Positions 37,446 through 46,353 are shown, counted from the first letter of the stretch. The stretch: DNA of 47,676 bases from an uncultured Acidimicrobiia bacterium (GCA_964196305.1 CAXMSJ010000078.1:1-47676); one strand, 5' to 3'. Notes: a model not told the origin generated them from the letters alone. Program-made: numbers and translations.

Positions 37446-38681
37446 CTATCCACCAGCTGAAGCCGACTCCTTTCCGAGTGCGAATCCAACGTGCAGCGCC
37501 TGTACTGCTCTGTTGACCTCATCTTGGGCAATCACACAGGATATTTTGATCGATGACGTGCTGATCATATCAATATTGATTTTCTCCTCGGCAAATATCT
37601 CAAACATGCGCGCCGCAATACCCGGATTGCTCTTCATGCCGGCGCCCACTAAGGAGACTTTCGCAATCAGCTCATCGCAGGACGAACCACGAGCGGCCAG
37701 TGTCTCAACTAATTTTTCCACTACCGCACGGCCACTAACCAGGTCTTCGCCGGGCACTGTAAAGGAAATATCGGTGATGCCCTCTTCGCTGACATTTTGA
37801 ATGATCATGTCGACGTTGACGTGCTTGTCGGCCAGAGCCCGAAAGACGGTTGCCGCAATGCCCGGTCGATCGGGAACGCCGAAAATCGTTATTTTTGCTT
37901 CATCTGCATCATGGGTAACCGCGCTTACCATGGCCTTTTCCATTGACTCCTCCGCCTCTTTGATCAACGTTCCCTCGCCATCGTCAAAACTTGATTTTAC
38001 CGCAACCAGGACGCCGTGGTTCCGAGCATACTCAACTGCTCGCAATTGCACTACCTTTGCGCCGGTCGCAGCCATCTCTAACATCTCATCATATGAGACA
38101 TGATTGAGCCGGCAGGCATCTTTGACTAATCGCGGATCGGCAGTGTAGATGCCGGCAACATCTGTATATATCTCACAGAGTTCAGCCCCGATTGCCGCCG
38201 CAATCGCCACGGCCGTCGTGTCGGAACCGCCTCGCCCGAGCGTGGTGATGTCAAGCCCGTCGGTCACCCCTTGGAAGCCGGCAACTATCGCTATTTTGTC
38301 TTCTGCCAGAACTTCCTGAAGCCGAGCCGCACGAATGTTGACGATCTTAGCCTTAGTGTGGCTTCTATCGGTCTCGATTCCCACCTGGGCGCCGGTCAAT
38401 GAGATAGCATCGCATCCTTGGCCGGCGATCGCCATACTTAACAGGGCGATCGATATCTGCTCACCGGTAGCGAGTAACATGTCCATCTCGCGCTCTGCCG
38501 GATTCGGGTTCAACTCGTAGGCCATACTGACAAGATCGTCCGTGGTGCCGCCAATAGCCGAAACCACCGCGACCACCTGATGGCCGGCCTGCTTGGTCGC
38601 GATTATCCGTCGGGCCACGTTAAGTATCCGCCGAGTATCGGCGACAGACGAACCGCCATATTTTTGTACAATCACAGACAT
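37446..38681 (-). CDS. lysC: aspartate kinase
   Basis: VQKYGGSS, kinase core, and two C-terminal ACT domains. Confidence 0.96.
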   Translation of the reverse strand: MSVIVQKYGGSSVADTRRILNVARRIIATKQAGHQVVAVVSAIGGTTDDLVSMAYELNPNPAEREMDMLLATGEQISIALLSMAIAGQGCDAISLTGAQVGIETDRSHTKAKIVNIRAARLQEVLAEDKIAIVAGFQGVTDGLDITTLGRGGSDTTAVAIAAAIGAELCEIYTDVAGIYTADPRLVKDACRLNHVSYDEMLEMAATGAKVVQLRAVEYARNHGVLVAVKSSFDDGEGTLIKEAEESMEKAMVSAVTHDADEAKITIFGVPDRPGIAATVFRALADKHVNVDMIIQNVSEEGITDISFTVPGEDLVSGRAVVEKLVETLAARGSSCDELIAKVSLVGAGMKSNPGIAARMFEIFAEEKINIDMISTSSIKISCVIAQDEVNRAVQALHVGFALGKESASAGG

Positions 38682-38739
38682 ATCAACTCGCCTGGCCCCG
38701 GCAGAATGACCAAGTAATTATTCGATCAGCAGAGCGAGA

Positions 38740-39672
38740 TTACTCTACGCCGCAACGCGACATTAAACGCGTCCATTGGTCATCGATATCCTGCTGGACT
38801 TCAGCCAGCAATCCCTCGTTGCCAGGCGCAAAAAGGTGCTTATAACGACCCTGGGGCTTGAGCCAATCTTCGAGCGGCTTTGGCTCGCGTACCTTGACGG
38901 ACAGCTTCCACTCCCCGTCCTCAATTTCATATAGCGGCCAGAACCGCGTCTGCACCCCGGCCTTAGCCATCTTGACCGTCATGTCTGACGGGAACCGCCA
39001 GCCTCTGGGACAAGGGCTCAGAATATTCAAGAATGCCGGACCATCCGCGGCAAAAGCTTTAGTTGCTTTAGCGTTTAGGTCTTTCCAGTTGCTAATCGAG
39101 GCCTGTGCCACATAGGGAATTCCATGAGCGGCCACGATAGCCGTTAAGTCTTTCCTTCTTTGCGGCTTGCCCGACTGAACCTTGCCAACCGGCGTAGTGG
39201 TCGTCCAAGCTCCTTTGGGCGTAGCGCTGGATCGCTGAATGCCGGTGTTCATATAGGCCCCGTTGTCGAGACAGACATAGACCATTTTGTGGCCCCGCTC
39301 GAGAGCCCCGCTCAATGACTGCAGTCCGATATCATACGTGGCCCCGTCGCCGCCAAAGGCGACAAAGCGCATCTCGTCCTTGACCTTACCCCGGCGGCGC
39401 AGCGCATTGTAGGCCGCCTCGACGCCACTCATCGTCGCCGCAGCGTTCTCGAAAGCGTTGTGGATATAGCTGCAATTCCAGGCTGTATATGGATAGACGC
39501 TGGTCGAAACTTCCAGACAACCCGTCGCGCAACACACAGCCACCGGAGCGTCTGCCGCCATTAACACCTGACGGACCCCGATCGAGTGTCCGCAGCCCGC
39601 GCAGAGTCGATGTCCGCCGGTAAGATAGTCTTCCTTGTGAGTCAGTTCTCGTAAACTTACCATCTTTGTCAC
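38740..39672 (-). CDS. porB: 2-oxoacid:ferredoxin oxidoreductase, beta (TPP-binding) subunit
   Basis: CAGCGH Cys cluster and GDG...N TPP-binding motif (FGGDGATYDIG...LDNGAYMNTG). Confidence 0.92.
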   Translation of the reverse strand: MTKMVSLRELTHKEDYLTGGHRLCAGCGHSIGVRQVLMAADAPVAVCCATGCLEVSTSVYPYTAWNCSYIHNAFENAAATMSGVEAAYNALRRRGKVKDEMRFVAFGGDGATYDIGLQSLSGALERGHKMVYVCLDNGAYMNTGIQRSSATPKGAWTTTTPVGKVQSGKPQRRKDLTAIVAAHGIPYVAQASISNWKDLNAKATKAFAADGPAFLNILSPCPRGWRFPSDMTVKMAKAGVQTRFWPLYEIEDGEWKLSVKVREPKPLEDWLKPQGRYKHLFAPGNEGLLAEVQQDIDDQWTRLMSRCGVE

Positions 39673-40857
39673 CTACTCCTTCAACCCAAGATATCTGATG
39701 ACCGAACCAACCGGTTCGCCCTCAGCTATCTGGCTCAGATCGTTATAAACTTGCTCAATATTGGCCAGGGAAACATCTCGACCACCAAGACCATAAATAT
39801 AGTTGAGCACCGGTGTCCGCGGCTCATGATCATACAGTGCCGAGCGGACCTCCTGAAAAAGCGGGGCGCCGATCTGCCCCGGCGACAGCGAGCGGTCCAT
39901 CGCCGCCACCGCTTTGACGCCTGCCAATTCTTTGGCAATCGCCTCGGCCGGAAATGGTCGAAAACTCCGCAATTTTAAGAGACCGGCACGGACTCCTGCC
40001 TCTCGCAGCTTGTCCACGACGACTCTGGTGGTTCCAGCGGTCGAACCAAGCACGATAATCGCTACTTCGGCATCATCGAGCTTGTAAGCCTCGTAGAGGC
40101 CGTACTCCCGACCGGATACTTGCCCATACTCCTGGCCGATCTCCTCAATAACCGACTGACTGCCAAGCATAGCCAGCTCCTGGTCGCGTCGGAACTCAAA
40201 GAAGAAACCATGGAGACCATCGAATGGTCCGACGGTAATGGGATTCTCTGGATCCAGCATGGTGATCGGGGCATCGAACTCGCCGACAAATTTTGCTGCA
40301 TCGTCGTCATCTAACATATCAAGGCGGTCGATGGCGTGACTGATGATAAAACCATCGAGACAGACCATGACGGGCAGCTTCACCCGATGATCTTCGGCGA
40401 TCCGGACAGCCAGCAATGTTGTATCGTATGCCTCCTGGGCATTCTCGCAAAACAATTGGATCCAGCCGGAATCCCTGGCCCCCATAGAGTCCTGGTGGTC
40501 GCAGTGGATATTGATAGGCCCAGACAAAGTTCTGTTGACGTTATGCATGATGATGGGAAGCCGGTACGATGAGGCAATATATAGCTCCTCCCACATCAAG
40601 GCCAGCCCTTGAGAAGCGGTCGCGGTGATTACCCTGGAACCCGCTGCCGAAGCACCGATGCAGGCGCTAAGAGCGCTGTGCTCACTCTCAACGGTCACGT
40701 ACTCCGTATTAACCAGCCCATCGGCAACATAGGTGGAGAACTCCTCAACAATCGTCGTCTGCGGCGTAATCGGATAGGCCGCGACGACATCCGGATCTGC
40801 CTGCCGCATTGCCTGGGCGCAGGCCACGTTTCCAGTCAAAGCTACTGTCTTGGCCAT
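39673..40857 (-). CDS. porA: 2-oxoacid:ferredoxin oxidoreductase, alpha subunit
   Basis: 394 aa. N-terminal pyrimidine-binding POR domain (YPITPQT...ESEHSA). Confidence 0.93.
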   Translation of the reverse strand: MAKTVALTGNVACAQAMRQADPDVVAAYPITPQTTIVEEFSTYVADGLVNTEYVTVESEHSALSACIGASAAGSRVITATASQGLALMWEELYIASSYRLPIIMHNVNRTLSGPINIHCDHQDSMGARDSGWIQLFCENAQEAYDTTLLAVRIAEDHRVKLPVMVCLDGFIISHAIDRLDMLDDDDAAKFVGEFDAPITMLDPENPITVGPFDGLHGFFFEFRRDQELAMLGSQSVIEEIGQEYGQVSGREYGLYEAYKLDDAEVAIIVLGSTAGTTRVVVDKLREAGVRAGLLKLRSFRPFPAEAIAKELAGVKAVAAMDRSLSPGQIGAPLFQEVRSALYDHEPRTPVLNYIYGLGGRDVSLANIEQVYNDLSQIAEGEPVGSVIRYLGLKE

Positions 40858-41159
40858 TATTTCTCCTCCTCTTTCATTTCAATAGCATCCACAGGGCACT
40901 CTTCGGCACAAATGCCACAGCCCTTGCAATGGTCGTAGTCGATCCCCAGCATCTTTTCATCCTCGACCTCGATCGAAGTGTCGGGACAGAATACCCAGCA
41001 GATCATGCAGTGGGTACAACGGTCTTCGAACCACTCTGGTTTCTCGGAACGCCATCCACCCGTATTGTACTGATGAGCCGTGCCCCCCTCGGGGATCGTC
41101 ACCCCAGCTGGATGGTCGCCGACCTTCCACTCTTTGATATTGCTAAAATCCCAGCTCAC
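40857..41159 (-). CDS. porD: 2-oxoacid:ferredoxin oxidoreductase, delta (2x[4Fe-4S]) subunit
   Basis: CTHCMICWVFCPD and CKGCGICAEECP. Confidence 0.9.
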   Translation of the reverse strand: MSWDFSNIKEWKVGDHPAGVTIPEGGTAHQYNTGGWRSEKPEWFEDRCTHCMICWVFCPDTSIEVEDEKMLGIDYDHCKGCGICAEECPVDAIEMKEEEK

Positions 41160-41734
41160 TCCGATCGCACCTCCGCATACGCCCGCTTAAGCGCCTCGAC
41201 ATTTCCCTCGATGATCTCCTCACTAAACTTTTTGCCAAATGAGGATCTAATATGATCGCCAACTTTTTCCACGTCCATGATACGGGTCGCCTTGAGCATC
41301 GCCCCGAGCATCGGCGTATTTGGAATCGCCCGGCCGATACAATCTACGGCTATCCTACTAGCATCTACCGTGAATATCTTTTGTTTTTCGATCTGGCGGG
41401 CCTCCCGAACTTCGGCCGGCGACATCTCTGTGTTAATGACCAGCACGCCATCGTCCGGCATGCCGTGGATTACATCTACGACCGCCAACAGTGTCGGATC
41501 CAAGACCGCAACGATCCCGGGGTTGGTAACGTTGCAGTGGATGTGGATAGGCTCCGGGCTGATTCGCGTAAACGCTTGAATCGGGGCGCCCATCCGCTCC
41601 GGCCCGTACTCCGGCGAAGCCTGAAAATACTGGTCGAGCTTGAGAGCGGCTTCCGCCATCAGCTTTGCGGCCGTAACGGCACCCTGACCTCCCCGTCCGT
41701 GCCATCTGATTTCAGTCAGATTCTCCATGATCAC
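41156..41734 (-). CDS. porG: 2-oxoacid:ferredoxin oxidoreductase, gamma subunit
   Basis: EIRWHGRGGQG start typical of the POR gamma domain. GAGGTG Shine-Dalgarno. 4-nt overlaps through the operon. Confidence 0.9.
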   Translation of the reverse strand: MIMENLTEIRWHGRGGQGAVTAAKLMAEAALKLDQYFQASPEYGPERMGAPIQAFTRISPEPIHIHCNVTNPGIVAVLDPTLLAVVDVIHGMPDDGVLVINTEMSPAEVREARQIEKQKIFTVDASRIAVDCIGRAIPNTPMLGAMLKATRIMDVEKVGDHIRSSFGKKFSEEIIEGNVEALKRAYAEVRSE

Positions 41735-42010
41735 CTCATATTCTTCTAGCGCCCATATCGATCCTTGATGTTTTTTTCACAAAAAGAACCGTACTTGAAC
41801 AAGCTACAACCTGGGCTGACTCTGAATCATTACTCAGCGCGCTTAAGCGCGTGAAAACCTTTGTACTATATAGTTTCCCTATTTTCAAGCAAAGTGGAAG
41901 CAGCTAATAATTATGTCACTCTTAACAACTTGAGAGCAAATTGAGGTATATGGGATACTAAGCTGCTCCACTTCTATGACAACTTTGTCGCGAGAGAAGC
42001 CAAGAGGATA

Positions 42011-45000
42011 ATGGCAGAACATAATACTATTTGCGGAATCTGCCCTGCCGGTTGCTGGGTGCGCGTCGAGCTCGAAAATGGCCGACTCACTTCCGTCAAA
42101 GCCCAACCGGACCACCCACTGGGGATGATCTGCCGGCTCGGAGAAAGATCGCCGGAGATCGTCTATTCCTCAGACCGCCTGAAACAACCGCAAAAGCGAG
42201 TCGGACCTAAGGGCACATTCAACTTCCGCCCGATCAGCTGGGATGAAGCTTACGAAGAGATCGTCGCCAACCTGGAGAAGACAAAGACTGAGTTTGGTCC
42301 CGAAGCGACTGCCATCTATACCGGGCGAGGCAGCTTTGATCTGGCCATGTGTGATATTTTTCAACCTCAGGACACCGCTGTCTCTTCGGCTTCCAGCGTC
42401 CTCTTTCCATTTGGATCGCCCAATACTTTTGGCGTTGGGGCTCTCTGCTATGTCTCGTTCGCCATGATCGCACCCCACGTCACTATGGGCGGCATGCTGA
42501 TCAACATGGATTCCGAGATAGAGGACGCCGAATTGATCGTTATCTGGGGAACTAATCCGGCGACGGACTGCCCACCTCTGGCTCACCACCAGATACTGGC
42601 GGCACAGAAGAATGGGGCCGAAGTCGTCGTCATCGACCCCAGACAGACCGCCACCGCCAAGGCCACTGGAGCGGACTGGATCCCGATACGCCCCGGGACA
42701 GACGGCGCCCTGGCCCTGAGCATGATCCAGGTCCTAATCGAGGAAGATCTCGTGGACGAGGACTTCATTGACGACTGGACCGTCGGATTCGATGACCTAA
42801 AGCAGTATGTTCAACATTTCACCCCAGAGGCAGCGGCGGAGATCACCACGGTACCGGCTGATACGATCCGACGACTGGCGCGACGCATCCACGGCGCGCG
42901 CGGAGCGGCTCCGGTCATGTATAGCGGTCTTGAGTACTCCGACGGCGGCGTCCAAGCCATCCGGGCCACCCAGATTCTTTGGGCACTCGCAGGCCAGCTC
43001 GATGTTCCGGGTGGCCGGGTTTTCAAAATGGACAGCAACTCCTTTCCTATCAATAAGAGCGGCTTGATACCAAACCCTGATGTCTCCAAAGCGATCGGTC
43101 GTGACCGCTTCCCGGTATACAGCCAATACCGCGGCGAATCCCATGCTATCTCCCTGCCGGAAGCCGTCCTGCAAGGGCGACCTTACCCGATCAAAAGCCT
43201 GATCGTGGTAGGCGGGTCCATCGTCACTGCCTGGCCGGAACCGGACACCTGGCGGCGGACGCTCGGCGAGTTGGACTTCTTGGTCACGATCGACCGACAA
43301 CTGACGGCCGATGCCGCCTATGCCGATATCGTTTTGCCGGCCACTACCGGCTATGAGAACACCTCGTATATGGTGTACGGCCCGCTATTTAGGATCCGGG
43401 AGAAGCTGCTTGAGCCACAGGGAGAAGCACGCAATGACTTTTTCATCCTGGCTGAACTAGCCAAGCGTCTTGGCTATGGCGAGCTCTATCCGCAAAGTGA
43501 GGATGAGCTGCTTGACTACGTGCTGTCGCAGTCCGGGGAGACAGCGGCGTCGGTGCGAGCGGCCGGGGGAACAGCCCAAGTGCCGACGGTCATGATGCAA
43601 TACAAAAAATGGGAAAAGGGGCTGCTGCGCACCGACGGACAGCCTGGTTTTAATACGCCCTCCGGCAAGTTTGAGATTGCCTCGACTACCCTGGAAGAAC
43701 ATGGCTATGATGCCCTACCTGTCTATACCGAGCCAAAAGAAGGACCGCTGACCCGGTCCGACTTGGCCGAAACGTTTCCGCTCGTCTTCAATTCTGGAGC
43801 ACGAGTGACGACTGACTTCCGCTCCCAGCACCATGGGGTGCCCAGCTTAGCCGCCGAGTCCCCCGAACCGCTGGTGACAATGAACACCAAGGATGCCCGC
43901 AAGCGAGGCATCAAGCCCGGCGAGGAGGTCATCGTCGCCACCGAACGGGGGCGGGCTCGTTTTCGCGCCTATGTGACCGACGACATCATTGAAGGTTCGG
44001 TCGATGCCAATATGGGTGGCGGCGGACCGATCGGACCGCAGGCCTGGCAAGAATGTAATGTCAATGTCCTCACAGACTTGGGTCGATACGACCCGATATC
44101 AGGCTTTCCTGTCTATAAAGCACTCTTGTGCGAGGTGGAGCCGGTAGCTAGCCGAGTACCTAGTACCGTGGAAGAGATTTTAGCCGATGATCAAGAAGGA
44201 CCGGCCCGTGAACAACCAGCTCAATTCCCCGCCAAAGTAGCTGAGCCGGCTCAGGAGCGCCGCCTAGTCTATTTCGACAACAACGCCACCACCGCCATCG
44301 ATCCAACGGTCTTCACGGCCATGGAGCCGTTTCTCAAAAATGACTACGGTAATCCGTCGAGCATCCATGGATTGGGCTCGCAAGCGCGAGAGGCAGTCGA
44401 GTCAGCCCGGAGAGTTTTGGCCAGGTCTCTCAACACCACGGCCCGCCGAATCATTTTTACGGGTAGCGGCTCGGAAGCTGATAATCTTGCGATCAAAGGC
44501 GTGGCCCGGGCGCTGGCTGAGCAAGGACGCCATATAATTACTTCTGCCGTTGAGCATCCAGCAGTTCTGGCCGCCTGCCGCGCTCTGGAGGCTGACGGGT
44601 TCACAGTCACTTATCTGCCCGTAACAGACGAAGGCCTGGTCGAGCCGGCCAAATTAGAGGCGGCCTTTAGGCCCGAGACGATCCTGGTCTCAATCATGAC
44701 CGCCAACAATGAAACCGGCACTTTACAGCCGATCGCCACTCTGGCGGCGATGGCTAAAGCCCGCCGCGTACTCTTTCATACCGATGCCGTCCAGGGATTC
44801 GGAAAAATCACCCTCGATGTCGAACAGCTGGGAGTCGATCTATTGTCGATATCAGCCCATAAGATACACGGCCCCAAGGGGGTCGGCGCCCTCTACGTCC
44901 GGCGCGGCACACCACTGGCTTCGCTAATCGGCGGCGGAAAACAGGAATCCGGCTTGCGGGCCGGGACAGAAAATGTCTCGGGCATTGTCGGTTTCGGAGC

Positions 45001-45418
45001 CGCCGCCGACCTCGCCTTGCGTCGCCTGCCTGATTGGGACGCTGCCTCCCGACTCCGTGACCGTCTCGAGAACCGGATACTGCCGCTCGTCCCAGGAGCC
45101 AAAATCAACGGCTCAACAGAGCAGCGGCTGCCGAACACCTTGAATCTGACTTTACCAGGGTTTCGCGGAGAGTCTGTTGTCTTCAAGCTTGACCGCCTGG
45201 GTATCGCCCTATCTTCCGGCTCGGCCTGTAAGTCCGGCTCACCAGATCCGTCACACGCCCTGATGGCTCTAGGATTGACAGAAGATGAAGCCCATTGCTC
45301 ATTGCGCTTCTCGACTAGCGTCGATACGACCGAAGAGGAGATCGACTATGTCGCTCAAGCGCTGGAGCGGATGGTCGAGCAAGCGGCCGAATCAGTCAGG
45401 TTCATCCCATGCAGATGA
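42011..45418 (+). CDS. fusion protein: Mo/W-bis(pyranopterin guanine dinucleotide) enzyme (acetylene-hydratase-like) + NifS/IscS-type cysteine desulfurase; candidate metallopterin-dependent ergothioneine synthase
   Basis: Residues 1 to about 712: C8-x2-C11-x3-C15...C41 [4Fe-4S] motif, candidate metal-ligand Cys146 (GALCYVS), and a C-terminal pterin-binding barrel (VTMNTKDARKRGIKPGEEVIV...). Pro/Glu/Ala linker at nt 44147-44260. Residues about 750-1135: VYFDNNATT, PLP Lys951 (SAHKIHGPKG), persulfide Cys1073 (SSGSACKSG). The frame is uninterrupted across the junction. Confidence 0.85.
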   Translation: MAEHNTICGICPAGCWVRVELENGRLTSVKAQPDHPLGMICRLGERSPEIVYSSDRLKQPQKRVGPKGTFNFRPISWDEAYEEIVANLEKTKTEFGPEATAIYTGRGSFDLAMCDIFQPQDTAVSSASSVLFPFGSPNTFGVGALCYVSFAMIAPHVTMGGMLINMDSEIEDAELIVIWGTNPATDCPPLAHHQILAAQKNGAEVVVIDPRQTATAKATGADWIPIRPGTDGALALSMIQVLIEEDLVDEDFIDDWTVGFDDLKQYVQHFTPEAAAEITTVPADTIRRLARRIHGARGAAPVMYSGLEYSDGGVQAIRATQILWALAGQLDVPGGRVFKMDSNSFPINKSGLIPNPDVSKAIGRDRFPVYSQYRGESHAISLPEAVLQGRPYPIKSLIVVGGSIVTAWPEPDTWRRTLGELDFLVTIDRQLTADAAYADIVLPATTGYENTSYMVYGPLFRIREKLLEPQGEARNDFFILAELAKRLGYGELYPQSEDELLDYVLSQSGETAASVRAAGGTAQVPTVMMQYKKWEKGLLRTDGQPGFNTPSGKFEIASTTLEEHGYDALPVYTEPKEGPLTRSDLAETFPLVFNSGARVTTDFRSQHHGVPSLAAESPEPLVTMNTKDARKRGIKPGEEVIVATERGRARFRAYVTDDIIEGSVDANMGGGGPIGPQAWQECNVNVLTDLGRYDPISGFPVYKALLCEVEPVASRVPSTVEEILADDQEGPAREQPAQFPAKVAEPAQERRLVYFDNNATTAIDPTVFTAMEPFLKNDYGNPSSIHGLGSQAREAVESARRVLARSLNTTARRIIFTGSGSEADNLAIKGVARALAEQGRHIITSAVEHPAVLAACRALEADGFTVTYLPVTDEGLVEPAKLEAAFRPETILVSIMTANNETGTLQPIATLAAMAKARRVLFHTDAVQGFGKITLDVEQLGVDLLSISAHKIHGPKGVGALYVRRGTPLASLIGGGKQESGLRAGTENVSGIVGFGAAADLALRRLPDWDAASRLRDRLENRILPLVPGAKINGSTEQRLPNTLNLTLPGFRGESVVFKLDRLGIALSSGSACKSGSPDPSHALMALGLTEDEAHCSLRFSTSVDTTEEEIDYVAQALERMVEQAAESVRFIPCR

Positions 45419-46353
45419 ACGGGAGCCACGCCTTTGCAGCCAGCGTGCTACGCGGACTCAGCCTTGACCCGCGGCGGCTGGAGTGCCGGTATATCTATGA
45501 CGAATTCGGCAGCCGCCTCTTCGAGCAAATCTGCGAACAACCTGAGTACTACCTAACCCGGGCAGAGCGCACCATCCTGCTGGAAGCGGCGGACGAGATC
45601 GCCCGCCTCACGGGGCCGGCCGCCCTGATAGAATTCGGCTCCGGTAATTCTGCCAAAACACGCATATTATTAAACGCCTACGCCGAGCGATACGGTGGCG
45701 TCCGCTATATTCCTGTAGATATCAGCGACTCAATACTAGAGCACGCGGAAGCAGAGCTCGCCACGGCAGCCCCATTGGCCACAGTAGATTCCTTCCATGG
45801 CACTTATGATGATGCCTTCCATCTTTTTGATTCGTTTTCTCCGCTGGTATTCCTCTTCCTGGGGAGCAATGTGGGGAATCTGGATCCGGCAGAAGCAGCC
45901 GCCTTCTGGTCGGAGATCAGCTCCAATCTCTCCGTGGGAGACTTCTGTCTTCTGGGCGTAGACATCACACAAGACTCAGACGCGCTTCATGCCGCCTATA
46001 ATGACGCGGCCGGATACAGCGCTAGGTTCACGAAAAATATCTTCTCCAGAATAAACCGTGAGCTCGGAGCTTCAATAGATATTGCGACTATAGAACACGT
46101 GGCTGCGTTTAGCGCCCCGCGCAATCAAGTGGAGATTTTCGCCAAATTCACTCAAGCGCAACAGATAGATATCGCTCCTTTGGGCCAGAGCGTGTCGATC
46201 GAGGCAAACGCCTTGGTTATGACCGAGATAAGCCGTAAATTCCGGATCGATGAGATCAGGCCCTATCTAGAACACTACCGGCTGGAGACCCGCCATGTCT
46301 TCAGTAATGACGGACAAAACTTCGCCTTGCTTCTCCTGGCCAAGACCGACTAA
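45409..46353 (+). CDS. egtD: L-histidine N-alpha-methyltransferase (EgtD/EanA-type)
   Basis: YIYDEFGSRLFEQICEQPEYYLTRAE, SAM loop EFGSGNSAKT, YIPVDIS, FLGSNVGNL, YNDAAGYSARFTKNIFSRINRELG and TEISRKF all align with EgtD as I remember it. The start overlaps the upstream stop (ATGCAGATGA). Confidence 0.88.
   Translation: MQMNGSHAFAASVLRGLSLDPRRLECRYIYDEFGSRLFEQICEQPEYYLTRAERTILLEAADEIARLTGPAALIEFGSGNSAKTRILLNAYAERYGGVRYIPVDISDSILEHAEAELATAAPLATVDSFHGTYDDAFHLFDSFSPLVFLFLGSNVGNLDPAEAAAFWSEISSNLSVGDFCLLGVDITQDSDALHAAYNDAAGYSARFTKNIFSRINRELGASIDIATIEHVAAFSAPRNQVEIFAKFTQAQQIDIAPLGQSVSIEANALVMTEISRKFRIDEIRPYLEHYRLETRHVFSNDGQNFALLLLAKTD

Noticed and set aside
38682-38739. Lysine riboswitch (L-box) upstream of lysC, and a T-box upstream of serS (12154-12171)
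   Set aside because: The intergenic spaces are only 58 nt and 18 nt, far too short for either RNA element.
41765-41782. Possible Rex operator TTGTGAAAAAAACATCAA (minus-strand reading) upstream of the PFOR operon
   Set aside because: Only the left half matches the Rex consensus TTGTGAA-N4-TTCACAA. The right half matches at 3 of 7 positions, and the spacing does not fit FNR or CRP either. This is not enough to call a site.
41885-42115. 76-aa minus-strand ORF spanning the start of the ergothioneine-synthase gene
   Set aside because: It overlaps the [4Fe-4S] motif-encoding start of the 1135-aa gene and the structured leader. It has no Shine-Dalgarno and no recognisable motifs, so it is most likely spurious.
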